From NCBI RefSeq assembly GCF_014859475.1, contig NZ_JACUUE010000001.1, positions 1-50,188 of the forward strand: DNA of 50,188 nt, given 5' to 3'. Source of the stretch: Rhodoferax sp. (GTDB taxonomy: Bacteria; Pseudomonadota; Gammaproteobacteria; Burkholderiales; Burkholderiaceae_C). Within the stretch, counting starts at the first letter, position 1. Each line of letters starts with the position of its first letter. Below the pieces are notes generated by a model, which made no database searches, was not told where the DNA came from, and saw nothing but the letters and a program-made list of their open reading frames with translations. Below are positions 17,374-27,664 of the stretch, piece by piece. Made by a program: the position numbers and the translations under genes.

Positions 17374-20279
17374 TTGCGCGCTCCCTTGCCGGCAAAATAG
17401 GCTTGCCAGCCCGGATTGGCGCCCCCGGTACCGGGCGCCGCGGGCACCGCCTTGAATTGCGGCCAACTGCTCGCCGGCTCTTCGGGTCCGGCCTTGTAGA
17501 TGCGCACCTGAACGTCAAACCACGCGGCCTGCCCGGTGATCGGGTCGGAATTGGAGATCGTTGTGCCGGATGAGGCCCCCGGCAACTCGTCGGAAATCAG
17601 GTGGTTGAGCAAAAAGCCGCGCTGCGACTCGTTGGCATCGGGCTCAAGATGCCATGCGCCGGCCGCCTTGCCGATGGCGTTCCAGGTCCAGACCGTGCCA
17701 GGCTCGACCGCTTCGGAGTACTTGGCCAGGCAGCGCACCTTACCCCACTGCGACTCGGCCCACATCCAGCCGCCATCTTCAATGCCCTGCGCGCGCGCTG
17801 TTTGCGGGTTGACGTACAGGTGGTTGTGCGCATGAATCTGGCGCAGCCAAGCGTTTTGCGAATCCCACGAGTGGTACATCGCCATGGGGCGCTGCGTGAT
17901 CGCACTGAGCGGATATTTGGTGCGGTCAGTTTTTTGCGCTTCAAGCGGCTCGTAGTAGAAAGGCAGCGGGTCGAAGTATTCCGCAATGTTCTTCTTGAGA
18001 TGCTCCGGCGGCTTGCGCGATATGCCCTTGCCCTGCGCCGCCAAGCGGAATTTTTGCAACACTTCCGAATAGATGTGAATCAGGATGGGCTCGGCGTAAC
18101 GCGTGATCCGGGTACGTTGCGACCACTCCAGATAACCCTTGTTCCAGTTGCGCATGTACTGGTACGAAGGCGGCAGTTTGTGGTGATAAACGCAGTTGTT
18201 CTGCGCGTACATTTCCAACTGGCGTGAATTGGGTTCACCACGCATGAATTTTTCTCCGCCCTTGCCGCGCCAACCGGCCAGAAAACCGATACCGGAGCCG
18301 GGTTCGGTTTCGTAGTTGACAATGAAATCAGGGTAGTCGCGGAATTTCCGTGTGCCGTCGGGTCGCACGAAGGCCGGAAACTTCAGGCGGCTGGCCAGTT
18401 CGATCAGCACTTCCTGAAATGGCTTGCACTGGCCTTTGGGCGGCAGCACCGGAATGCGCACCGAATCGACCGGACCGTCGAACTCCGAAATGGGCCGGTC
18501 CAGCATCGACATCACATCGTGGCGCTCAAGGTAGCTGGTGTCGGGCAGCACCAGGTCGGCAAACGCGGTGGTCTCGGACTGGAAAGCGTCGCAGACGACC
18601 AGGAACGGAATCTTGTATTCGCCGTCCTCGCGCTTGTCATTGAGCATCTTGCGCACTTGCGCCGTGTTCATGGTCGAGTTCCAGGCCATATTCGCCATGA
18701 ACAGCATCAGCGTGTCGATTGGGTACGGGTCGCCGCGCCAGGCATTGGTGATGACGTTGTGCATCATGCCATGCACCGACAGCGGGTACTCCCACGAGAA
18801 CGCCTTGTCGATGCGCACCGGCTTGCCGTCGTCGTCCACGAACAGGTCATCGGGTTCGGAGGGCCAGCCCAGCCCGAGGCCGTCGAGCGGCGTGTTGGGC
18901 TTGACGGCAAGCGGCGTGTTCGGCGTCTTGGCGCAGGGCGGAATCGGACGCGGGAAAGGCGCCTTGTGGCGGAATCCGCCCGGGCGATCAATGGTGCCGA
19001 GCAGCGACATCAAAATGGCCAGCGACCGCACGGTGTGAAAGCCGTTGGAGTGCGCGGCCAGCCCGCGCATGGCGTGAAAAGCAACCGGATTGCCGGTCAC
19101 CGTGTCGTGTTCCTTGCCCCAGGAGTCGGTCCAGGAGATCGGCAGTTCAATTTTCTGGTCGCGGGCGGTCACACCCATCTCGTGGGCGAGGCGACGAATC
19201 ACCTCGACCGAAATACCCGTGATGCCGGCCGCCCACTCGGGGGTGTAGGCCGCAACGCGCTCCTTGAGGAGCTGGAACGCGGGCTTGACCGCGGTGCCAT
19301 CCGACAGCTTGAACTCGCCAAACAAAAACGGGTCGCAGCCCTCGGTGTGCGTCACGACGGCACGGTTGCTCACACGATCCCACCAGAGCTTGTTTTGCGG
19401 GTCAAAGCAGCCTTCTTCTTCGGGCACCTCAGTGCGCACGAACATGCCGAACTCGTCGTTGGCGCTGTCTATGTTGATCAACTGGCCCGAATTGGTGCAG
19501 CGCACCAGGAATTCCCGGTCGTATAGGCCCATTTCAATGAGTTCGTGGATCAGCGCCAGCAGCAGCGCACCATCGGTGCCGGGCTTGATCGGCACCCACT
19601 CGTCAGCAATGGCCGAGTAACCGGTGCGCACCGGATTGATCGAAATAAAACGCCCGCCATCGCGCTTGAATTTCGAGATCGCGATTTTCATCGGATTGGA
19701 GTGGTGGTCTTCGGCGGTGCCCATCATCACAAACAGCTTGGCACGATCGAGGTCGGGGCCACCGAATTCCCAGAATGAACCGCCAATGGTGTAAATCATG
19801 CCGGCGGCCATGTTGACCGAGCAAAAACCGCCGTGCGCGGCGTAGTTGGGCGTGCCGAACTGGCGTGCAAACAGGCCGGTGAGCGCCTGCATCTGGTCGC
19901 GTCCGGTAAACAGGGCAAATAGCTTGGGGTCAGTGGCGCGCAGCTTTTTAAGCCGCTCCTCCAACATTGAAAACGCTGCGTCCCATTCGATCTCTTCGAA
20001 CTGGCCATCGCCGCGCTCGCTGCCCGGCTTGCGCAGCAACGGCTTGGTCAACCGCGCTGGCGAATACTGTTTCATAATGCCCGAAGACCCTTTGGCGCAG
20101 ATCACGCCTTGGTTCAAGGGGTGGTCGGGATTACCCTCGATGTAGCGCACCTCACCATTGCGCAGATGCACCCGAATACCGCACCGGCATGCACACATAT
20201 AACAAGTGGTGTTGCGCGTCTCGGTGGTGGCACCGGGCAAAGGCGGGCTGAGAGGGTTGTGAAGCGGTGGACCAGACAT
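17370..20279 (-). CDS. soeA: SoeA, cytoplasmic molybdopterin sulfite dehydrogenase catalytic subunit
   Basis: TTCYMCACRCG, YAAHGGFCSVN, HAMRGLAAHSNGF and YHSWDSQN; no Tat signal. Confidence 0.93.
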   Translation of the reverse strand: MSGPPLHNPLSPPLPGATTETRNTTCYMCACRCGIRVHLRNGEVRYIEGNPDHPLNQGVICAKGSSGIMKQYSPARLTKPLLRKPGSERGDGQFEEIEWDAAFSMLEERLKKLRATDPKLFALFTGRDQMQALTGLFARQFGTPNYAAHGGFCSVNMAAGMIYTIGGSFWEFGGPDLDRAKLFVMMGTAEDHHSNPMKIAISKFKRDGGRFISINPVRTGYSAIADEWVPIKPGTDGALLLALIHELIEMGLYDREFLVRCTNSGQLINIDSANDEFGMFVRTEVPEEEGCFDPQNKLWWDRVSNRAVVTHTEGCDPFLFGEFKLSDGTAVKPAFQLLKERVAAYTPEWAAGITGISVEVIRRLAHEMGVTARDQKIELPISWTDSWGKEHDTVTGNPVAFHAMRGLAAHSNGFHTVRSLAILMSLLGTIDRPGGFRHKAPFPRPIPPCAKTPNTPLAVKPNTPLDGLGLGWPSEPDDLFVDDDGKPVRIDKAFSWEYPLSVHGMMHNVITNAWRGDPYPIDTLMLFMANMAWNSTMNTAQVRKMLNDKREDGEYKIPFLVVCDAFQSETTAFADLVLPDTSYLERHDVMSMLDRPISEFDGPVDSVRIPVLPPKGQCKPFQEVLIELASRLKFPAFVRPDGTRKFRDYPDFIVNYETEPGSGIGFLAGWRGKGGEKFMRGEPNSRQLEMYAQNNCVYHHKLPPSYQYMRNWNKGYLEWSQRTRITRYAEPILIHIYSEVLQKFRLAAQGKGISRKPPEHLKKNIAEYFDPLPFYYEPLEAQKTDRTKYPLSAITQRPMAMYHSWDSQNAWLRQIHAHNHLYVNPQTARAQGIEDGGWMWAESQWGKVRCLAKYSEAVEPGTVWTWNAIGKAAGAWHLEPDANESQRGFLLNHLISDELPGASSGTTISNSDPITGQAAWFDVQVRIYKAGPEEPASSWPQFKAVPAAPGTGGANPGWQAYFAGKGARK

Positions 20280-20399
20280 GCGAAGGACGCGTTTTTTTCA
20301 CTGAAAATTCAACAAACGAGGCTTGCAAACTGTGGCGACCCCATGGACATCCAGAACAATGCAAAGTGACCCTATTAAAAACAAGGTCACCCAGCACGT

Positions 20400-20442
20400 C
20401 TATCACCGACAAGGGTGGTTGGAAGTAACCCAAATGGGTAGC
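20400..20442. promoter_or_regulatory. Bipartite 7-2-7 operator upstream of soeA
   Basis: CTATCACCGACAAGGGTGGTTGGAAGTAACCCAAATGGGTAGC aligns without gaps to 40203-40245 and 49338-49380. A -10-like TTTAAT lies on the minus strand at 20374-20379. Confidence 0.7.
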
Positions 20443-20528
20443 ATAAAAACAATTCTTATAAGGCTATGGTTTTCCTCAATACATAAGTTGTCAATAATGC
20501 CCTACGATCCAGCAACATCATTCGCGTC

Positions 20529-21737
20529 ATGACGGCAACTACGATCCCTATCATCCAACCCGCTGCAGCGGATTCGGCAAGCTTTGCCAATTTGTTGACG
20601 ACCGATGCAAGCAAGCCCGAAGACCTGGAGATTTTGCTGGAGCGTTTTTTGAGCGCCATCATTGCTTTGGCTGGCGCGCAGGCGGGTGCGATGCGGGTCT
20701 TGACCGATGATGATAAATTCTTGCGATTGGTGGCACATCAGGGTTTGCCGCCAGACGTGGTGCAGAACGAGCGACTGGTTGACCGCCAATGCGGCGTGTG
20801 CGGCAGGGCCTCCAGTGCCGATGTGCTGATTTGGGTGGACGACCTGACGGCCTGCGACAAGCAGGGTCTCAAGCTGTATTTTGGTTCCCGCTGCAAAAGC
20901 ATGCTGGCCATCTCGCTGCTGCACAATCAGCAGATTCTCGGCATTTACAACCTGTTCTTCGAGAGCTCCTGCAGGATCGATGCCTCGGTGCAAACACTGC
21001 TGCGCCTGCTGGGTCAACTGCTGGGATTGACCCTGCACAACGCGCGCATCGAGCGTGAGCGTCTGCGGCTCACCGTAATGAAAGAGCGCCAGGACATGGT
21101 CAATGAAGTGCATGACGCGCTGGCGCAAACCCTGGCCTACGCCCGCATGCGGCTGCCGCTGCTGAACGATGCCATCGTGGCGCATGATGAGACGCAGGCG
21201 CTGAAATATTTTTCGAATTTAAAAACAGCGGTCACCGAAGTGCATGACAACCTGCGTGAGGTCATGACCTACTTCAGAACCCGCATGGACCCGCTCGGGC
21301 TCATGCACGCGCTCACCACCATTGCCGACAGCTTTTACCTGCGCAACGCCATCACGCTGGAAATACGCAACACCGTGCCCAACCTGAACCTCAATGACCA
21401 TCAGGAAGTACAGGTGTTCTACATCATCCAGGAGGCACTGGCCAATATTGCCAAACATTCCATGGCCCGCCATGCGCAAGTGCGGATCAGTCAAACGTCC
21501 GAATACCTTGAATTTTTGATTGAGGACGACGGACTGGGCATGGATGAGCCCAACGTTTCAACCATCATCACATCGGCCCGCCCCCTGGTGCCATCGACGC
21601 ATTTTGGCATGGACATCATGCAAAGCCGAGCCAAACGGCTGGGTGGCCGACTCGAGGTCGGCAACATGGATGGCATCGGCACCCGGGTTCGGCTGTCAAT
21701 TCCGATCGAGACCGAAAGGAGGAGCAAAGCATCATGA
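20529..21737 (+). CDS. Soluble NarX/NarQ-like histidine kinase (GAF + HisKA_3 + HATPase)
   Basis: EVHDALAQ H-box, IIQEALANIAKHS, EDDGLG and HFGMDIM; no transmembrane segment seen; Cys cluster in the GAF domain. Confidence 0.88.
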   Translation: MTATTIPIIQPAAADSASFANLLTTDASKPEDLEILLERFLSAIIALAGAQAGAMRVLTDDDKFLRLVAHQGLPPDVVQNERLVDRQCGVCGRASSADVLIWVDDLTACDKQGLKLYFGSRCKSMLAISLLHNQQILGIYNLFFESSCRIDASVQTLLRLLGQLLGLTLHNARIERERLRLTVMKERQDMVNEVHDALAQTLAYARMRLPLLNDAIVAHDETQALKYFSNLKTAVTEVHDNLREVMTYFRTRMDPLGLMHALTTIADSFYLRNAITLEIRNTVPNLNLNDHQEVQVFYIIQEALANIAKHSMARHAQVRISQTSEYLEFLIEDDGLGMDEPNVSTIITSARPLVPSTHFGMDIMQSRAKRLGGRLEVGNMDGIGTRVRLSIPIETERRSKAS

Positions 21738-22441
21738 CAGACAAAATTCGCCTTATGCTGGTGGATGACCATTCGCTCTGTCGCAGCGGCCTGAAGGAAC
21801 TGCTGGAGCACCGCGGCGGCATGTCGGTGGTATGCGCCACGGGGGATCCGGATCAGGTGGTTCCCCTGCTGCAAGAGCATCAACCCGATATGCTGATACT
21901 CGATTTGCGTCTGGCGCAAACCGATGGCTTGAGTGTGCTGCGCATGATTCGTGCCGAAGGTTTCGACGTGCCGACGGTCATTCTCACGATGAGCGACAGC
22001 GAAGACGACATGTCAGCGGCGCTGCGTGCCGGCGTCAAGGGCTATCTGCTCAAGGACATGGACCCGGAAGAGGTGATTGTTTCCATTGGCCGGGCCGCCC
22101 GCGGCGAGATGGTGGTGGCATCGGCCATGATGCTCAAATTTGCCCAAATACTGCAGACCGGCCCCAAGGGCTCGGCCATGGGCGACCTGGTGGCCACCCT
22201 GACTGAACGCGAACGCCAGGTACTTGACCACGTGGCCAGCGGCCAAAGCAACAAGGTGATTGCGCGAGCGCTCGACATCAGCCACAACACGGTCAAATTG
22301 CATGTGCGCCACATCATGGACAAGCTCAACTTGCGCTCACGCGTGGAGGCGGCGGTATTTTCATTCGAATACCACAACTCGCCCGATGGCACCAAGGCGG
22401 TGTCCGACGCCAGCACCAAACCCAGGGCACCGACGCACTGA
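21734..22441 (+). CDS. NarL/LuxR-family response regulator
   Basis: LVDDH, ILDL, GYLLKD and LTERERQVL...SNKVIARAL...TVKLHV; ATGA overlap with the kinase. Confidence 0.92.
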   Translation: MTDKIRLMLVDDHSLCRSGLKELLEHRGGMSVVCATGDPDQVVPLLQEHQPDMLILDLRLAQTDGLSVLRMIRAEGFDVPTVILTMSDSEDDMSAALRAGVKGYLLKDMDPEEVIVSIGRAARGEMVVASAMMLKFAQILQTGPKGSAMGDLVATLTERERQVLDHVASGQSNKVIARALDISHNTVKLHVRHIMDKLNLRSRVEAAVFSFEYHNSPDGTKAVSDASTKPRAPTH

Positions 22442-22614
22442 ACAAGCGCAGCCGGGCAACGACCGGACTGCCAGTCCGGATCGCGCCACTTGGAGTGGTC
22501 ATCCGGTTTTGGGGCCGGCCAGCAGCGATGATTCCGCTACCATCGCCCCATGCCCTTGATTCACCCAACCCAAACCCCAGGCACGCCACCCACCACCCCG
22601 TCGCGGAGCCAGCC

Positions 22615-23937
22615 ATGACACGCGCTCGCCGCTGGCTGTTGGCCCTGCTGTTGGTGACTGTCGCCGTGGTGCTGGTGTGGCTGGCGCGGCGCGCCCCGCA
22701 AGTCGAGGCCGTGGTGTTGCAGGCGGCGCCATTGGTACGCAGCATTCAGTTCTCAGCCCGGGTGGCCACGTTGACGCGAGTCGATGTGGGCAGCACACTC
22801 ACCGCCCGGGTAGCGCAAGTGTTGGTGCGCGAAGGCGATGCGGTGCGTGCGGGAGACGTGCTGGTACAGCTCGAAACCGACGAACTGCGCGCCGCACTGG
22901 CGCAACAGCAAGCCAGCCTGGCGCAGGCGCAGGCGCGTCTGCAGGGCTTGCGTTCCACCGGTCGCAGCCAGGCGCAAGCCGCGCTGGCGCAGGCGCAGGC
23001 CACATTGCAGGCGACCCGCCTGGATGTCGAGCGCACCCGGCAGCTTGTCGCGCAGGGTTTCCTGAGCCCGGCGCGGCTCGACGACGCCGATCGCACGCTC
23101 GCCGTGGCACAGGCCGCGCAAGAGGCCGCTGCCGCCCAGGTGCGGGCCAATGCCGATCACGGCACCGATCTGGCGCAGGCGCAGGCGCAGTCGGACCTGG
23201 CACATGCGGCAGTGCAGGCGGCGCAAGCGCGGCTGGCGCAAACCGCCGTGCGCGCCCCGACCGATGCCAGGGTGCTCTCGCGCAGCGTCGAGCCGGGTCA
23301 GATCGTGCAGCCCGGACGCGCCCTGCTGGCGCTGGCGCTGGCCGGGCCGACGCAGCTCAAGGCGCAGGTGGACGAGCGCTTTCTGGCACAACTTGCACCC
23401 GGGCAGGTGGCCACCCTGGTGGCCGACGCGTATGCCGACCAGCGCCTGGCGGCCAAGGTTCTGACAATTTCCCCCGCGATCGACCCCCAGCGCGGCGCCG
23501 TCGAAGTCACGCTGGCGCTGGACCAGACCGCCCCGACTTTCCTGCGTGAAGACATGACGTTGTCGGTGGAGGTGGAAACCGCACGGCGCGCCAACGCGTT
23601 GGCATTGCCGCTGGCGGCGTTACGCGGTGCGACCGCAACCACCACGGGCAGCAATTCGGCGGCCACCAGCGCCGCCAACGACGACAGCGCCGAGGTGCTG
23701 GTGGCGGTGGACGGGTACGCGCAAGCGCGGCGCATTCGCCTTGGCGTGCGCAATTTGCAGTCCGCCGAGGTGCTGCAAGGCTTGCGGGCGGGCGACGTGG
23801 TGCTGCTGGGCACCAACGTGCAGCCGGGCCAGCGCGTGCGCCCGCGCGGAGTTGCCTCCGCAAGTGTTGGAAAGACCAGTTCAGGCAATCAGGCCGGTTC
23901 CGCCGCTGCGGCGCTTGGCAACGCCATGGGTCGCTGA
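22615..23937 (+). CDS. HlyD/MacA-type periplasmic adaptor subunit
   Basis: N-terminal TM helix, VREGDAVRAGDVL biotinyl-like motif, Ala/Gln coiled coil and APTDARV...VEPGQ. Confidence 0.88.
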   Translation: MTRARRWLLALLLVTVAVVLVWLARRAPQVEAVVLQAAPLVRSIQFSARVATLTRVDVGSTLTARVAQVLVREGDAVRAGDVLVQLETDELRAALAQQQASLAQAQARLQGLRSTGRSQAQAALAQAQATLQATRLDVERTRQLVAQGFLSPARLDDADRTLAVAQAAQEAAAAQVRANADHGTDLAQAQAQSDLAHAAVQAAQARLAQTAVRAPTDARVLSRSVEPGQIVQPGRALLALALAGPTQLKAQVDERFLAQLAPGQVATLVADAYADQRLAAKVLTISPAIDPQRGAVEVTLALDQTAPTFLREDMTLSVEVETARRANALALPLAALRGATATTTGSNSAATSAANDDSAEVLVAVDGYAQARRIRLGVRNLQSAEVLQGLRAGDVVLLGTNVQPGQRVRPRGVASASVGKTSSGNQAGSAAAALGNAMGR

Positions 23938-23950
23938 GCGGGGCGCTGTC

Positions 23951-25189
<1,239 letters not shown>

Positions 25190-25207
25190 GGCGTTCAGGC
25201 GTTATTC

Positions 25208-25939
25208 GTGATGAATCAAGAACCAACCGCCGTGCCATTGATCGCGTTGCGAGGCGTTCATAAAAGCTACAACCTGGATTTGCCGAGCCAGACCGAGGTG
25301 CTGCACGGTATCGACTTGCAGGTCGGGCGCGGCGAGTTTGTCGCGCTGATGGGGCCGTCGGGCTCGGGCAAGAGCACACTGCTCAACATTCTGGGGCTGC
25401 TGGAGCGCATGACGGCGGGCTCGTACCTGCTGCAAGGCCAGGAGGTCAGCGGCTTGGACGACGCTGGCCTGACACTGCGTCGGCGCCAGACGCTGGGTTT
25501 CGTGTTCCAGTTTCACCACCTGTTGCCGGCCTTCACCGCGCTGGAAAACGTGACACTGCCACTGATGATGATCCACGGCAGCGTCAGCACCGCGCAGCGC
25601 CGGCACGCGCTGGACCTGCTGGCGCAGGTGGGCCTGACGGGTGCCGAACACAAGCGTCCGGCCGAGCTGTCGGGAGGCATGCAGCAGCGCGTGGCCATTG
25701 CCCGCGCCGTGGTGCTGGACCCGCCGCTGGTGCTGGCCGACGAGCCCACCGGCAATTTAGACCAGGCATCCTCCAACGAAGTGTTTGCGCTGCTGCGGCG
25801 CCTGCACGCTCAGCAGGGCACGTCGATCGTGGTGGTCACGCACGACGCACACCTGGCGCAGCGCTGCGACCGCCTGCTGGAGTTGGTGGACGGCCAGATT
25901 GACCGCGACGAGCGCGTCGCAGCCCTGCCCCAAGTCTGA
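25208..25939 (+). CDS. LolD/MacB-type ABC ATPase
   Basis: GPSGSGKST, LSGGMQQRVAIARA and ADEPTGNLD. Confidence 0.92.
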   Translation: MMNQEPTAVPLIALRGVHKSYNLDLPSQTEVLHGIDLQVGRGEFVALMGPSGSGKSTLLNILGLLERMTAGSYLLQGQEVSGLDDAGLTLRRRQTLGFVFQFHHLLPAFTALENVTLPLMMIHGSVSTAQRRHALDLLAQVGLTGAEHKRPAELSGGMQQRVAIARAVVLDPPLVLADEPTGNLDQASSNEVFALLRRLHAQQGTSIVVVTHDAHLAQRCDRLLELVDGQIDRDERVAALPQV

Positions 25940-26122
25940 AGGCAGTGCGCCAGGCGGACTGTGCGGTGACTACCCCGCCGTGGTGCGTACAGAGCCATCC
26001 ATGATGGCTGAATCCACCGGGTCGACTCCGGTCGCAGCGCCCCATGAAATCGTCGCCACATTGCCGACCGTCCATGGCATATCTGAACAGCCGGTTTCGA
26101 GTGATTAACGTGAAAGAATATC

Positions 26123-26197
26123 GTCATTGCGAACGCAGTGAATATCCATGACCCCAAAGTACACGGATTGCCACGTCGCTGCGCGACTCGCAATGAC
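26123..26197. repeat. REP-like palindromic element between convergent operons
   Basis: Terminal inverted repeat GTCATTGCGA (26123-26132) / TCGCAATGAC (26188-26197); same family as 6-41. Confidence 0.7.
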
Positions 26198-26482
26198 AAC
26201 TGTGTTTCATCATTTGGGGCGGCTGAGTTGCCATGACAGTTAGACTGGCTAAACGTACTTCGCCCCCCGGGTCTTCTGAAGTCAGCCACTTTTCCCCGAA
26301 GCTGACTTTCAAATTGAGCGTCAGCAATAGAGAAAAACGTGAACCCGCAATGCAGCGAAATGTTGGTGCCTTAAGCGGCCTCGCACGGGCATGCAACCCG
26401 TGATATTCGCCACTACACGGTCAACTTACAGCCCCATTTTTGCCTACCCGGGCAACTGAGTGACCCAGACAGAAACAGAGAG

Positions 26483-27274
26483 TCAGACCGGCACCGTCCT
26501 CGTGGCCGGCTCGAACCAGGCCAGTTCCCGGTGCAGTTTGACCACCTCGCCGATGATCGTCAGGCACGGTGATTTGAGGCCGGCCTGCGCCACCCGCTCG
26601 GCCATATCGGCCAGCGTGCCAGTCACCACTTTTTGGGTCGGCTGGCTGCCGTCCTGTACCACCGCAATAGGCAATTCGGGCGATGATCCGTGCGCCACCA
26701 TCTGCTTGCAGATTTCCGGCAAGCCGCCCAGGCCCATGTAGATGACCACGGTCTGGTTCAGGCGCACCAGGCTGGGCCAGTCGAGGTCGGCTGTGCCGTC
26801 CTTGAGGTGGCCGGTGACAAACAGGCAGCACTGTGCGTGGTCGCGGTGCGTCAGTGGAATGCCCGCATAGCTCGACACGCCTGAGGCCGCCGTCACCCCT
26901 GGCACCACCTCGAACGCCACACCCGAGGCCGCCAGCGCTTGCAGCTCTTCGCCGCCACGGCCGAAGATGAAGGGGTCGCCGCCTTTGAGGCGCACCACCT
27001 GTTTGCCCTGGCTGGCCAGCTTGACCAACAGCGTGTTGATCTGCTCCTGGCGCAGGGTGTGCTCGTTGCGCCGCTTGCCGGCGTAAATGCGTTCGGCACT
27101 CGGTGACACAAACGCCAGCACACCATCAGATACCAGGTTGTCATAGACGATCACGTCGGCTTGCTGCAGCAGGCGCACGGCGCGCAGCGTCAGCAGTTCG
27201 GGGTCACCCGGACCGGCACCGACCAGATAAACGCGTCCAGAATCAGGTTTGAAGTTTTTCACATCGGCTTTCAA
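26483..27274 (-). CDS. cobA: Uroporphyrinogen-III C-methyltransferase (CobA/SirA; methyltransferase half of CysG)
   Basis: [35 protein letters not shown] and GIPLTHR. Confidence 0.92.
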   Translation of the reverse strand: MKADVKNFKPDSGRVYLVGAGPGDPELLTLRAVRLLQQADVIVYDNLVSDGVLAFVSPSAERIYAGKRRNEHTLRQEQINTLLVKLASQGKQVVRLKGGDPFIFGRGGEELQALAASGVAFEVVPGVTAASGVSSYAGIPLTHRDHAQCCLFVTGHLKDGTADLDWPSLVRLNQTVVIYMGLGGLPEICKQMVAHGSSPELPIAVVQDGSQPTQKVVTGTLADMAERVAQAGLKSPCLTIIGEVVKLHRELAWFEPATRTVPV

Positions 27275-27642
27275 TGGGTGGCTCCCTTGCTGCCACAGCC
27301 GCCACAGCCGCCACTACCGCAGCCACCGGTGGTTACCGAGCCGCCGCCGCAGGATGGGTGGCTGGTGGGGATGAAGATGAAGTTGAATTCACCCGGGTTG
27401 AGCTCGACAAAGTCGAGCACGGTATCAAACAACAACTCCTGGGATTCGCCGTTGATGACCACCGCAACGCCTTCAAGCTCAAGCTTCATGTCCTCGTCTT
27501 TCGGGTCGTCAAAGCCCATGCCGTACTGCATTTCACCGTCGGCGTCTCTTTTGGCGGCAACCCGCAAGGCCAGCTCCAAAGCACCGCTGGCCTGCGCGGC
27601 TTGCTGGATTTGCTGGGCGGCGGCAGGGGTCAAGTTAAACAT
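27271..27642 (-). CDS. dsrR: DsrR, IscA/HesB-like protein
   Basis: LTPAAAQQI...ALRVAA...YGMGFD...[15 protein letters not shown]; follows dsrN. Confidence 0.82.
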   Translation of the reverse strand: MFNLTPAAAQQIQQAAQASGALELALRVAAKRDADGEMQYGMGFDDPKDEDMKLELEGVAVVINGESQELLFDTVLDFVELNPGEFNFIFIPTSHPSCGGGSVTTGGCGSGGCGGCGSKGATH

Positions 27643-27664
27643 GCGTTGTGCTCCTATTGAAAAA

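Noticed and set aside
20529-22441. Naming these genes narX/narL
   Set aside because: The kinase lacks the periplasmic nitrate-binding domain and no nar genes are present; only family-level similarity is supported.
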